Below, piece after piece: positions 14,907 through 34,479 of a stretch of 64,000 nucleotides of DNA. Numbering within the stretch: the stretch's first letter is position 1; the number at the start of each line of letters is the position of its first letter. The notes under the pieces are model-generated. The model worked only from the letters and a program-made list of their open reading frames with translations. It was not told where the DNA came from and ran no database searches. Position numbers and translations under genes: made by a program. This DNA is from the human T2T-CHM13v2.0 reference genome, Homo sapiens. The DNA is taken from NCBI RefSeq assembly GCF_009914755.1, contig NC_060930.1; one strand, 5' to 3'.

Positions 14907-15083
14907 CAGTGTTCTCCAAAGTTAGCAAGTGCCAGAAGCACCAGGAGGAGCTGCTAAAGCAGAGCTTGCAGGGCCCCACACCCAGAGTGTCTGATTCAGG
15001 ATTTCTGAGATAGGACTTGAAATTTTTCATTTTCCACAGGATGCAGATACTGCTGGTCCAGAGGCCACACTTGGAGAACCACT
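14907..15083. mobile_element. MER5A (hAT-Charlie MITE)
   Basis: TIRs CAGTGTTCTCCAAAG ... CTTGGAGAACCACTG; internal GGGCCCCACACCCAGAGT.TCTGATTCAG. Confidence 0.8.
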
Positions 15084-15155
15084 GGTGTAGTGCAACCTGC
15101 TGATAGCATGCCTGGAGCCCCTGCACCCACGCGGGTGCACCCATCCCTCAGCTAC

Positions 15156-15513
15156 TGTGGATATTGGCTGCTAATGGCTCCCAGCTGCCCCTCTGCTGGG
15201 GTCTCACCATCTGCTGATGGGAAGCACCTTGCCCTGGAGGTTACCCACCCCCCAACAGCGCACAGGTAATGACCAACTGAGGAGGGAGTGGGAAGGGCTG
15301 GCCCTCTTCTTAAATGGGGAGAAAACTTTGCAGTGTGGCGTACACTCCAGAGCCCTCTGTGGATCAAGTCGAGGCTAGACTTTAGCTGAGAGCACATCCT
15401 CGCTCGGCCTCCTCCTCTGCCACGGGTTCCTGAGAAGTGAGCACTCCCTGAGTAAGCAAAGGTGTCTGAATCCCTGTCTCGGGTTCTGCTTCCAGCAAAC
15501 CTGATCCAAGACA
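15156..15513 (+). mobile_element. LTR16-family solo LTR
   Basis: TG...CA termini; ends GAATCCCTGTCTCGGGTTCTGCTTCCAG..ACCTGATCCAAGACA. Confidence 0.65.
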
Positions 15514-15719
15514 TAGAGCAGGTGCTTAGTAGTATTTGTTGAGTGAATGAGCAAGTGTGAGATGCACCAGGCATGGGAAGACGAGCCCCTTCTTTCTACT
15601 CCCCCTACCCAGCTCAGACTGCAGGATCCGAGGTTCATGTGGTCTGGGTTGGCAGGGCCTCCCTGGCTGCAACCTGGTTGCAGTGGCTGCTGTCTCTGTC
15701 TGCTGTGCTGTGTCCAGGA

Positions 15720-15780
15720 GAGGCTGTCATGGGCCTCCCCAGATGGATTGATTAATTAATTATCGCCATCCTGACAGCTC
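15720..15780. promoter_or_regulatory. Candidate PBX-HOX/MEIS composite element
   Basis: CTGTCA ... TGATTAATTAATTA ... TGACAG. Confidence 0.4.
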
Positions 15781-16368
15781 CGGGCTGCTGGCAGGGCCCT
15801 CGGCACCCCTCCCAGTTCCTTTTGGCAGGTGAGATCTTCATTTCCCAGCACTTGGCAGAGTCAGGCTGGGGAGGGGGTAGAACTGAACGTTGCAGGTTGT
15901 GGGGAGTGCAGGGTGGAGGAGTAGTCTAGAGGGAGAAGACACAGGCAGAAGAAAGGCCTGGAAAATTGGTATTTCTTAGGCTCTCATCTAGGGTCTCCAT
16001 GTGGAGAAGTTATCCCACTGTCCAGATTGAGAAACTGAGGGCTGGAGATTTGCCTAGGTTCATAGGTTTGGCAGAGAGAGGAGCAACATCCCAGGCCCTT
16101 TGCCTCCCAAGTTGGCTTTTGGCCTGCTTTGGAGTGTGGGTGGTAAGGGAAGAGGGATTTCTGGTAACTTCTCTCCCCTTTTCTTTTCTCTACTGTAAAC
16201 CTTCCCCATCAGCAGGTGCCTCCCCAGCTTGAGACAGACCAGGAGAAACCTCATCCATGCACATTCTCCAGAAGGGACCAGGAATGATGAGATGTTCCAC
16301 TTCCAGCTCTTTGAGTTTCTCCATGGCTCCCCCACCCCACTCTCCATCCCATCCTCCCCTGGGCTGAG

Positions 16369-16419
16369 CTGACAGCTGTCAGGCTAAGAGGAGTGACAGG
16401 TGCTTTTGTGATTAATCAC
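16369..16419. promoter_or_regulatory. Candidate TALE-homeodomain element (two palindromes plus TGACAG)
   Basis: CTGACAGCTGTCAG 16369-16382, TGACAG 16394-16399, GTGATTAATCAC 16408-16419. Confidence 0.45.
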
Positions 16420-16633
16420 TGCAGACCACACACCAAGGAGAAGGGAATCGGGGCGAACAGAGGGGAGGACTGGAAGGGCCCCCCCAGCCTTCTCTTGGTG
16501 GGAGTTTTCCAGGGTGGGCATCCTCTCTGGTGTTCTCTTTGTTGCCCTGTACAAGCCTGGTTACAAGCCTGGCATTAGTGTTTGCAAGGGAGTCCATGGG
16601 GCTGTCCGCTTTTGATGGGGAGATAAGAGTTCA

Positions 16634-17023
<390 letters not shown>

Positions 17024-17088
17024 TTAATACATGTAGAGCAGTTAGGACAGTCACTGGTGTGTTGTAAGTACTATAAGCACAGCTACTG

Positions 17089-17262
17089 CCATTTTTCATT
17101 CAATCTAAGCTGTCATGGTTTGGACACACCATGACTTTATGTATGTCTAAGAAAAAAAAAACACTGCTGGAAATATAATGTTTGTTGCTTGTAAGGCACT
17201 TCCTAGTTTCAGAAATGTTAAAATTGTGGGGAAAATATGCTTCTTAGAAAGAAGAAAAATGG
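17089..17262. mobile_element. MER104-like TcMar MITE
   Basis: CCATTTTTCATTCAATCTAAG ... TTTCAGAAATGTTAAAA..TCTTAGAA..GAAAAATGG imperfect TIRs. Confidence 0.6.
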
Positions 17263-17669
17263 CATTATTCTCATTCTTATTGCTCTCTAACTGAAGCACT
17301 TAGCCCCCCACCGGCAGCGCAGCAAGTGCTGAATAAACATTTGTTGAACAAATGGATGACAGGCCAGCACAGGTTGGAGGAAGGCAAAGGGAGCCCAGCC
17401 CCTCTACCTCACACTGGCTCCTGACTCCCTCACCTGGAGCCTCCAAGGACAACAGTTTTTCCATCTCTACCCCTTCCCCTTTGTCCAAACTCCAGCACCC
17501 GGCACAGCTCCCAAGGGGTTACTTGGGTAGACTGGCTAATGGCCCCTTCCCCACTCCTACCCATCCAGTGCTCCGCCCAGATAAAACACACCTTCTCTGT
17601 GGGCCCCTCAGGAGTGACTGGTCACAGGGAAGAGCAGTTAGAAAGAAGGAAGGACTTCCCAGCTCCTGA

Positions 17670-18129
<460 letters not shown>

Positions 18130-18917
18130 TGACCTTGGTCATGTCACTTAACTTGGTGAAACCTCAGTTTTCCCTATCTGTAAAGTGGGGCTAGCAATAG
18201 CAACTCCCTCCTGCACTTGGTGAGAGAGGTAAATAAAGCAGTAGACTGGCAAAGGGCCCCACTCCCTTCCTCCACCCTCCCCTCACTGCTTGGCTCCCTC
18301 ACCTGCTTTTTCTTTCTCTCTCCTCCTACCACTCTCTGGCCCTGCCCTATAACCTACTTAATACAAAGACTGATTAATTTCCCCTCTTGCTGCTGAGATG
18401 CACTTTAATCCTGCGGGGAGAGAGGAGGGTGGCGGGCCCAAGGCCAATGGAAACCTGGGGCTGGGGGCAGCGGTACCCTGAGGGGCCTTCCTCACACAGG
18501 GAATCGCACTCTGGCTGTTCCCACAAAGATTTAATTTGTGTCTTAATGGGCCTCAGCCTCCTCCGTAAAAGCCCTAAAGTGCCTTTTTATTTAAAAAAAA
18601 AATAAAAGTTGCTGATTGTGTCTACTGCTTCCTGGGGGATGGTGGAGGAAGGGCAGAGGAAAGGGAAGACCGGGAGAGAAGAGGAAGGGGTGGTAGGGCC
18701 TTAGGGCTGTCAGATTCTGCTTTTCCCCTGGCCCCCCATTTCCCAGGCCAGCACCATGGGGAATCAGCCCTGGGGGCAGTGAGGATGTGGGTGCTGCTGG
18801 CTGACGTTTTAGAACAATTGTGGTCTGAATTACTGGACCCTGTTTCCCTAGGTCCCAGCCCCTGGGAGGTCAGGGAAGGTCCGGCTGCAGCCATTCAGCT
18901 TAATCCAACCAACAACT

Positions 18918-19221
18918 GGCTGGGCCCAATGGCTCACGTCTATAATCCCAGCACTATGGGAGGCCGAGGCAGGCGGATCACGAGGTCAGCAGTTTGAGAC
19001 CAGCCTGGCCAACCTAGTGAAACTCCATCTCTACAAAAAATAAAAAATAAAAAAAATTAGCTGGGCATGGTGGCGGGCACCTGTAATCCCAGCTACTTGG
19101 GAGGCTGAGGCTTGAACCCCGGAGGTGGAGGTTACAGTGAGCCAAGATCTTGCCATTGCACTCCAGCCCGGGTGACAGTGCAAGACTCCATCTCAAAAAA
19201 AAAACAAAAAAAAACAAAAAA
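18918..19221 (+). mobile_element. AluS with a short right-arm deletion
   Basis: GAGGCTGAGGCTTGAACCC lacks AGGAGAATCGC. Confidence 0.92.
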
Positions 19222-19450
19222 CAGCTGATCAGACATCCTACACTGTATGAAGATCTGTCAGGGGCCCCTGGAGCTTTAGGGAGAAGGGGAGGGATGGAAA
19301 AAGGAGCCAAATATTTTGCCAAGTGCTTAGTTGGTTCTCACTGGAGAATTGTAGCAAGTTCCACCTCCCTCTCCCTCCCCACACACAGCAACTGCTCAGC
19401 ATCCCCTTCAAAGCCTCCTGGCAGAGAGAGATGAGTGAAGACCCTGGCTT

Positions 19451-19876
19451 TGTCAAAAGGCAAAATTACAACAGATTTATAGATTTCACTGGCTTCTATT
19501 CACAATTCATGAATCAGAGGAGCCTCCATTCTATGAAATAGAATGAGAGCTCCCACTGGGCAATGGCAGAACAGTGGGTTTGTAAAATGGGAACACTGAA
19601 ACAGAACAATAGAAATAAATTAATTAACATCAGATTAGTTCATGTTACCTTTCTGTAAGGGGTAAAGTAGAAGGGGCTTCCTTATTACGCTGACTCAGGT
19701 AGACTGGAATCTCCTGTTTTCAGAAAAAGACTGGTATATTTTGGGATCTGCTTCCTTAAAGTTGCAGTTTGACTATATGCCATTTAGCATGAGTGACTCC
19801 ATTTTGGTTTGGGCTGGTCTGCTGGGGCCTAGGGCAGGAGCTCAGTCCAAAACAATGGCCTCTCATAATTTCAACA
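19451..19876 (-). mobile_element. ERV1 solo LTR, MER31/MER67-like
   Basis: GCATGAGTGACTCCATTTTGGTTTGG.CTGGTCTG.TGGGGCCTAG.GCAGGAGCTCAGTCCAAAACAATGGCCTC; TG..CA ends; flanks GCTT/GCCT. Confidence 0.75.
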
Positions 19877-20236
19877 GCCTCAACCACCTCTGCATCTGTA
19901 GCTCCTCCTGGAATCCCTCTTACTGCCTTTTGTCTCTTTCATAGCTGAAAAATTCCCACACCCTCCAATATTGGAGCAGATGAGTATGGGGACAACTGAG
20001 GAACCCAGAGTGTCTCCCAGCTGGAGACACCAATTCCAAAAACAGGACTCCCAAATCATTGTCTCTTAGTATCAAGATCTCTCCTTCCAACAGTGGAGCC
20101 CAGGTAGGTAGTTGCAATGGGGAGGAGTAGATATATCTGAGCAATACAATTCATTGCCAATCAAGATAACATGTTGCACTGCAGATAAAAGTGAAAATAG
20201 CCAAGCACCCAGCTTTCCTTCTGTTGAGGCTTCTTA

Positions 20237-20992
<756 letters not shown>

Positions 20993-21659
20993 TCTTATGT
21001 CTTATTTCACTGTGCCAACCTCATTCCACTGGGCGTTGATGATTGTGCCTATTAGTCAAATAGGAAAACTGAGGCAGTAGAAAAGAAAACAGGAGCCAGT
21101 AGATTACACGACTAAGGAATCAGAAAGTCAACCAAGCTAAAGTGAGCCAGCCTTATTTCCCTCCTCTCCTAGCCCAATTTCCTAACTCTAATTCATTCTA
21201 CTTCTCTAGCCCAGTTCCAGGATATTTTTAATGGGAAGAATTAGGCAGAAGTTACATTGCCAAATACCTCCTTTGCCATGGTGCCATGCTTCTCTGGAAT
21301 TCTGATCTCTAGAGGGTACCTCAAGCAGTGATAACTGCAGAAGGAAGCCAGGTAGAAAACATAAATGTGCAAATCAGACCTTGGGCAGCACTGCAGGGAG
21401 TGGGGAAGCCTGAGGCACACTAGACAGTGCATGAGCTTCCTTACAGCAACCAATCTTAAATAATTAAAATTAAGAATGTGCGTCTCCTGATTAAAGTAAT
21501 TGAGTATACTCATTTATCTCTTCTCCTTCCTAAAACACCACTAAATGGCAGTCAAAGGTGTTTTTAAATAAAGGCAAAACCACACAAAACAGTGAAAGAT
21601 GATAGCAGATGAGAGAGATTACAATTTTGGAAAGTTGGAAAGTTGATGGATGCGTAGCA

Positions 21660-22470
<811 letters not shown>

Positions 22471-22805
22471 GGTGGTAATGAATTTTTACTGTATAAAAAG
22501 GAGAATCATAACCCTGCAAGTTTGGGGGTTGGGAGGGGATTTGCCAACAAAAAGCCAGACAATTCGCACCAGAGAACCTCAGCAAGGCCCAAGTGAGGAC
22601 ACCAGGTACCACTGCAGGTGGGAGTGAGGGGAAGGCTGAAAACTGGAATATTAAAAGCCTCTAGTAGATACAATGACAGCCTCAGATCTCAGCCAGTTAC
22701 TCCGCTGTCACTCCAGCAGAAGACTGAAGGTTTATTCCCAGGAAAGGTTGAACCAAAGGGCCCCTGGTCACAGGACTAACAGGCTAGCTGAAGGTGGGGT
22801 GCTGT

Positions 22806-22955
22806 ACAAATGCTCCTTAACTTACAGTGGGGCTATGTCCAGACAAACGTATCATAAGCTGAAAATATTATAAGTTGAAAATGCATTTAATACTCTAATA
22901 AACCCAACATAAGGTTGAAAAATTGTAAGTCAAACTGCTGTAAGTTGGCAATCTT
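22806..22955. mobile_element. Tigger4/MER46-like DNA transposon fragment
   Basis: CAAATGCTCCTTAACTTACAGTGGGG...GTTGAAAATGCATTTAATAC. Confidence 0.7.
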
Positions 22956-22959
22956 ATAA

Positions 22960-24091
<1,132 letters not shown>

Positions 24092-24094
24092 CCT

Positions 24095-25166
<1,072 letters not shown>

Positions 25167-25717
25167 GACACTTTGCTGGAAAAGGTGATAAGGTGAAAGT
25201 CTGTATTCTGAATAGTGGAACTACAGCCCTCTCCCTCTGCTCAGTTCTCAGTATGCTGGCAGTCGGGTTTATACCCTCAGGCAGGAGATTGGAGAATCTC
25301 TCCTTGGAGAAACTGACTGGCTCAAGAGAAAGTGTGTATATACTGACACTGGGCATCTGCCAAGGAAGCAGCTGGGTCCCCACCTGATCACCCTTCCATG
25401 AGGCCCACATAGTTGACAGCTTTCCCATGGAGCTGTCAAATGATTTCCTAGTAACCCACTTTTAAATATGAACAGACAGCAGGGATCATCACATGGGTAC
25501 AGAAAGTCTCCAACTTGAAAGACAGAGACCAAAACAAACAGACAAAAAGGAAATATGAGAAAACATAAATTACGCAAGAAGCAGATTAAAACTTACATAA
25601 TAAAAAAGCAATATAAACATTATTTGTGGAGAGATGAGACTATGTTATACCCATGAAATAAAAATAATATAAAAGGAAACAGAAAACAAGTGCTCTTAAA
25701 AATTAAAAATAATTTCA

Positions 25718-26020
25718 GGCCTGGCGCAGTGGCTCACACCTGTAATCCCAGCACTTTGGGAGGCCAAGGTGGGCGGATCACGAGGTCAGGAGATGGAGAC
25801 CATCCTGGCTAACACGGTGAAACCCCGTCTCTACTGCAAATACAAAAAAAAATTGCCGGGCGTGGTGGCGGGCGCCTGTAGTCCCAGCTACTCAGGAGGC
25901 TGAGGCAGGAGAATGGCGTGAACGCGGGAGGCGGAGCTTGCAGTGAGCGGAAATGGCGCCACTGCACTCCAGCCTGGGCAACAGAGCGAGACTCTGTCTC
26001 AAAATAATAATAATAATAAT
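25718..26020 (+). mobile_element. AluY with (TAA)n tail
   Basis: ACCATCCTGGCTAACACGG, GAGAATGGCGTGAAC and GGAGCTTGCAG Y diagnostics. Confidence 0.95.
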
Positions 26021-26207
26021 AATAATTTCAAAGGATAATGGCTTAAAATCAATATAAAGGTTGAAAGATCAAGTTGTGGGACTCTCCCATGAAATAGAAA
26101 AAAACAAAACAAAGAGTGGGAATATGAGAGACAAAAATAAAAAAATCCAAAGATTAGTCAATTAAGTCTAACATAGGACTAATAAGAATATCAGAAAAAG
26201 AAGAACA

Positions 26208-26807
<600 letters not shown>

Positions 26808-27379
26808 TCATTATGAAATTTCAAAACACTAGCGATAAAAAAGAAACCCTAAAAGCTTCCAGAGGGGGGAAAAAAATTGGTTACTTGCAAAGAAAAGGAA
26901 GTCAGAATGAACTCAGATTTTGTTTATCCATAAAAGTGGAAGCTAGAAGACAATTATCAATGTATTTTAAATTCTGAGGACATGGTTTTCTATCTAGAAT
27001 TGTATACCCAACAAAACTATCAACCAAAGGGCAGGTAGAATAAAGACATTTTCAGGCTTGCAAGATCTCAACATATATGTCTCCTATAGACCCTTTCTCA
27101 AATCTCTCTTGGAAAATATGCTCCACTAAAAGGAGGAAGTCAATCAAGAAAGAGAAGATTTTATGGCCCAGGAAAGAAGGAATGCAACACAGGCGAAAGG
27201 TACATGGCATTTGTCAGATAAGTGTAAAGGGAACTCCCAGGATGAGAGCTGGGCAGCAGTCCCAGAGAAGAATCCATCCAGATTGAGTGGAGGACAGGAC
27301 ACTTCCAGAAAGATATCACTAAAAAGGAAACAAAATGGTTAGCATCTAATGTGTTTAAAAGTGTTAAAGAATTTGTCGG

Positions 27380-28022
<643 letters not shown>

Positions 28023-28664
28023 TAAGATTTTTTTTTTTTTTTTTAACAGAGCCAGTAATTAACTCCACAGGAAGCAGGGTAATACAATTTTCAAAATGTA
28101 ATCAGAGTCTACTTTTTGGCTCAACCATGAATAATATTTGCAAAATCATAATAAAATAAACATTGAATATTGATGTATTAAAATGTGAAAAAAAAGTGGA
28201 GCCAGGTATGATGGCGCATGCCTGTAGTCTCAGCTACTCTGGCTGGGGTGGAAAGATCGCTTCAGTCCAGGAGTTAGAGGCCAACCTGGAAACGTAACAA
28301 GACCTTGTCTCTATTAAATTAATTTAAAAGATGGAATAAAATGATAAAACTACATTGGTGGAGAAAAAGTGGAGGGTTGGGTTTAGCAAACTTAACGTTT
28401 TCATCTTCCATACTATAAAGGCAATAGTTTATACTTAAAACTAAAACATCAATAGGAAAATAAGTATTTTTTTGCATAGAAATCTGAAAATACTAGGAAA
28501 AAACCAAAACAGTTAACACTTAAAAATGGCTGCCTCTCAGGAGCAGGACTGCAGGGTGCAGAAGGCCAGTGTGGAAATGGCTGTTTCATTATAAGCCTTT
28601 AAGTATTTGACTTTTTAACAATGTCTATGTATAATTGTAATTTATAAACATCAGTGAATATTAA

Positions 28665-29153
<489 letters not shown>

Positions 29154-29371
29154 TGACACCATGCTCCTGCCAGTCAGTGAATCTCGGGAGCTGCCATAGT
29201 GCCCCCAACTCCCCTCTTACCTCTGGCTTGTCGTCCCCGCCCCCTTGATCTCACCCGCAGTTCAAGGGCTGAACTGAGTGGGCATGAGCACGAAGGCTGT
29301 TGTCCGCAGGCCGGGGGCCTATCATCTCCTGAGCCTGTCTTTATGTAAAAGGCTGGTATTCGGTTCTTCAT

Positions 29372-29901
29372 TGTATTAGTTTCTTATTGCTGCTGTCGTA
29401 AATTACCACAAACCTAGTGCCTTAAAACAACACAAGTTTATTAGTTCCCAGTTCTGTAAGTCACAGTCTGACACCGGTCTCACTGAGCTAAAAACAAGGT
29501 GTCAGCAGGACTTCATTTCCTTCTGGAGGCTCTGGGGGAACATCTGCTTTCTCGCCTTTTCTAGTTTCCAGAGGTTGCTTGCAGTCCTTGGCAGTGGCCT
29601 CCAAACGTCTTCAAAGCCAGGCGAGTCTTTCTCACACCATACTTCTCTGACTCTACTTCCGCCATGACATTTCTTTCCCCGATTCCAACTCTTCTGCCGC
29701 CCTCTTCGGCTTTTAAGGACCCTTATGATTACATTGGCTCCACCTGGACAACTCAGGCTCCTCCCCCTACCTCAAGGTCTGCTGATTAGCAACCTTTCTT
29801 CCGCCTGCACCCGATCTCCCCTTTGCCATATAATTTAGCATATTCACGAATTTTAGAGCACGTAGACCTCTTCAGGAGGGGGGCATCATTCTGCCCGCCA
29901 C
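29372..29901 (-). mobile_element. MLT1 (MLT1D-like) solo LTR, probably within a MER96-like hAT relic
   Basis: TGTATTAGTTTCTTATTGCTGCTGT..AAATTACCACAAAC.TAGTG.CTTAAAACAACACAA...TTTTAAGGACCCTT.TGATTACATTGG...ATTCTGCCCGCCACA. Confidence 0.85.
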
Positions 29902-30789
29902 AATCACAGATCTTGTTTTGCATTAATTTTGATTTTTAAAACTAGCTCATTCAAATATTAAGTCTCTTAATTGCTGAGTTTTTTGGCACCCCTAAAATTT
30001 GATGCCTGAGGTGAGTGAGGCACCCTCATCCAGGCCCTGTCTATCTTTCTTTCTTGGCCCACCCCTTCCATCCTCAAGCCCAGCCCAGCCAAGCATCTTG
30101 CACCTCAGGCTGCCCAGGATCCAGCCAAGTTCTGCAGGTGGTTTCCCAACCGCATGCATTTCTCTGCTCCGGTTTCAGAAGTGGGGGCTCAGGCTCTCAG
30201 GCTGCCGAGTCAAAGATGGGAAGAGAAAATGTTCGATTTCTCCTGGGCCCCAGGGAGGAGTCAGGCCCCAGTCACTAGACACCTGATCCTCCCCTCGTGG
30301 CTGCAGAGACAGCAGCCTTAAGGCTGGCCACAAGCAGCGGGGCCTGAAGCTGGAGGAGCGGGGAGGAGAGTTGAAAGAGGATCCTAGCACTGCTTGAAGG
30401 TCATGGGCAGCCAGCGGGTGTCTGGGCCACCACAGTGGGGGATACTGGAAAGCTGATGTGGCTCTCACACTGGAGAGGCCCCTGGGAGGTAGAGGGCGTG
30501 ATTCCCAGCCATCCTAGCAATGTCACAAAGGAGACTGCTGTGTTGTGGGGGGACGGGGGAAGACTGGGAGGGGAGAGGAAAACTGGGAGAGGAGTGGGTC
30601 TTCCTGAGGCTGTGGGGGAAGGGGAGTGGCTACCAAACATTCTGCAATGGAGACAGTGCGTACCTGAGTTCTCAGGAAGGTGGGGAGGGGGTGGTAGAAG
30701 GAGAAGGGCAAGTAGAACCAGCATGCCGCCGTAACTTACACCTCTCCATGAGCCTGCAAAGCCACCCTCATGGGGAGGCCATGCACTTG

Positions 30790-30940
30790 AGACCCTACCC
30801 TTACATAAAACTTTCAAGTCCCCAGAGCACCTCAACATTCTCATCTGATTCCCACAACCCCAGGAGGCAGGCAGGAGCACCCCCATTTTACAGATGAGGA
30901 GGCTCCATGCAGTGACTTCCCACTTTCATCATGGCTCAGA
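30790..30940 (-). mobile_element. MIR
   Basis: CACAACCC.AGGAGGCAGG...CCCCATTTTACAGATGAGGA. Confidence 0.7.
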
Positions 30941-33654
30941 GAGCCCCCACATCTCCCAGCTCCTCCTCTTTGCCTCCTGGCTTCTCTTCCTAGAAGGAAA
31001 GGGAGTGTGATGGAGAAAACTGGGGAAGAGGTGAGGGTCCCTGGGCCAGATAAGAGACAAACACCACCACCATTGCCACCCCTAACAACAAAGTGTCTGA
31101 CTCCAGGAGTTACTGTGCAGGAAAATGCCAAGCTCAACACATCCTCCTGGAGTCAGCACTCCACGGAACTGGCATGAGGATTTTAGGGGCTCCTCCCCTA
31201 CTGTCCTCCATCCATAACTGCTCAGAACTGCCTGGTGCCCCCTTGCTACCCACATCCACCACTACTGAGGGCCAGACTGTGGGGTCCAGTGTCACTGGTT
31301 AAGGCTCCTGTCACCCCATCCCCTGGGGCAAAGGTTGGGCCAGATGCCTCCTCCTTCTACCCTCTGGGTCTCCCTCACCACCTGCTTCAGGGGCCCCTCA
31401 CTTTCCCAGAGAATGCCCCAGAGATGGAGTTCCCCACTCAGGCCCACAGGCCTACAGACCTCATCTTGCTGGCAGGGCACATTGAGGAAGGGGGTTTCAG
31501 AAAAGGTGGTTTCTCTGAATACATTGTGCCCACTCCTTCACTTCATTTTATAGCACTGTACCCAGAGCACTGCCAGCCACATGGCAGGGACTTGGCAAAT
31601 ACAGTATTGATTAATTTACTTCTCTCTCCCTGCCGTGGCAGAGACCCCAGGAAGAATTTTCCCCCTCAAGTGGTCTTGGGGGCAGGCTCAGATATTCAGA
31701 AGGTGATGGGATCTCCCTGGGTCCTGCCAGCATGGAAAGCCCTCCTTATGTGCCCAGCATGGCCTGGTGGGAGGCAGCAAGATGGACAAGCTGCCCTCAG
31801 AGGCAGGCATGACTGGCAGCTCCCATCAGCAGCTGCCGGTGTTCTCAATGAAGTGAGGTGATAGAGGAGGTCTCCCTTCTCCCTCCCTGCCCCAGGGCTG
31901 GCTGGGCCCTCTAAATGTGTCAAATGAGAACCAGGTGCAAATTAAGTGACTGAGGCACAAAGGCATTGAAGTTGGTATTTCCCATCCGAGGTACTGAGGC
32001 AAGGTCACTGGGAATCATTAACAGGTGGAGAGAGGGAGGAAGTGGGGCTATTCAGACAGAGGCTGAGAGGCCAGAGGGAAAAGGGTAGGGTGGAGGGGGA
32101 GGGAAGAAGGGAAATTTGCACACCATGAAAGGGGAGGGGAGAGAAGAGACTTGGCCCCAGTACCCTCAGTGGGTGAGCTTGGCATGGCCGCCTTGAGGCT
32201 GAGGGCTGCCTGTGCTCTGGAGCAGGTGGGGCGGTTTGTAGCATGAACAGAGGTTTCTCTGATCCTCCAGCTGCCTGGATCCCTTATTGCCCAGGGGTGG
32301 TGGCCTGGGAGGCTGCCCAGAAGGGCTGGTGACCTGAGGGGCTGGAGGTCCTGGGCCAGGCCCCCCAAGGTCATGCCAGCTGGCCCTCCCCTGGGCCCAA
32401 TCAGAGGCTTGGAGTGCACAGCTGCCAACTTATGACTCAGAGGACCTGAGTAATTGACCCACAACTAATCACTAATGGTTTGCATATTTTGCATTTACTT
32501 TACATTCTCCTGGGGGTCTCTCTGCAATCACTCCCTACAGGCCCCTCCCCCTGCCCCCATCCCCCGTCCTTCTGTCTCCCTGCTATTTCCTCCAGGCCCA
32601 GACCCACAGACCCCCATCTCCTGTCCCTGCTCTCTCACCTGGGATCAGATAGGGCAGGTCATGGGTGGGAACATCCAAACTCCATCCTCTCTGACTTGAG
32701 GGCGCAGCAAGGGCAGCTAGGGGCACCTTGGGAGTGGCCAAGATCTGTCTGATAATTAATCTTCCTGCTAATGGAGGCTTCTCTGCCATCAGGGCTTTTA
32801 AGGAAACTCAGGGAAGTCCTTTAGTGCCATCAGCGCTGTCTCTGAGGTCCATAGGGGGCTCATTAGCAGCCCTCCACCTCACAGTTAGTGGCCCCTCCTC
32901 CAAATGGCTGCAGGAAGGGAGGAGAGCAGCCCAAGGCCCTGAGTGGAACTACTGCAGCCTGAACTGCTTCCCCACTACACCCCCCGCCAAATCTCTGAAG
33001 TGGAGTGAAGCGGCTCCTGCCTCTCTTCCAAAGTACTCCCCTTAGCTAGAAAGGACCTATCCTAGACAAGGAAAGCAAGGTCCAGAGAGGCTGAGTGATT
33101 TGCCCGAGGCCACCCAGGCAGCGGGACAAGCTGAACTGCAGTCGGCTGTAACCTCCTAACCTCAGGTCTCCTCTACCTCCATCCCTAACATGGGGAAAGG
33201 CAGCCCTTTCTCCAAGGGCTTTGGAAGGCAGGCAGGCCACTGATCCAGTTGGGACTGACCCCCAGGCCAGAGGCCAAATGGGATGACCCCTGGGAGTTTC
33301 CCATCATCCCAGGATGCTGGGGTTCTTTAGTACATTGAACCAGACCTCTTTCACTTTCAGGACAGGCTGTAAAGCTCTCCATTGTTTGTCACAGCAGTTT
33401 AAGGCCAAAGAGGCCTCTCTCAGTGAGAAATCAGGTGCAGAGTGGGGTGGTGGGCAGCAGCCCTTTTGGGGCTGCCCAAAAGGAAGGATCGGGCACAGAG
33501 GGCTGCAGTTTCCACCTATTCTACAAACAGGAGCACCCACCCTGAGCTAGACCCTCTGCTGGGTGTGAGAAGTCCCAGGAGTGAAAGAGACGTGTTTTAC
33601 TTTCAGTAAATAACTGATCAAAATGGATGGAGTGATTTGCAGCAAATCTTTTAA

Positions 33655-34435
<781 letters not shown>

Positions 34436-34479
34436 TAGCAACCTTCTTTCCCAGCTTCCCACAGATTATGGGGATAGAA

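Noticed and set aside
31235-31861. 208-aa ORF in unique DNA
   Set aside because: Non-ATG start, no recognisable domain or exon structure; expected by chance in GC-rich DNA
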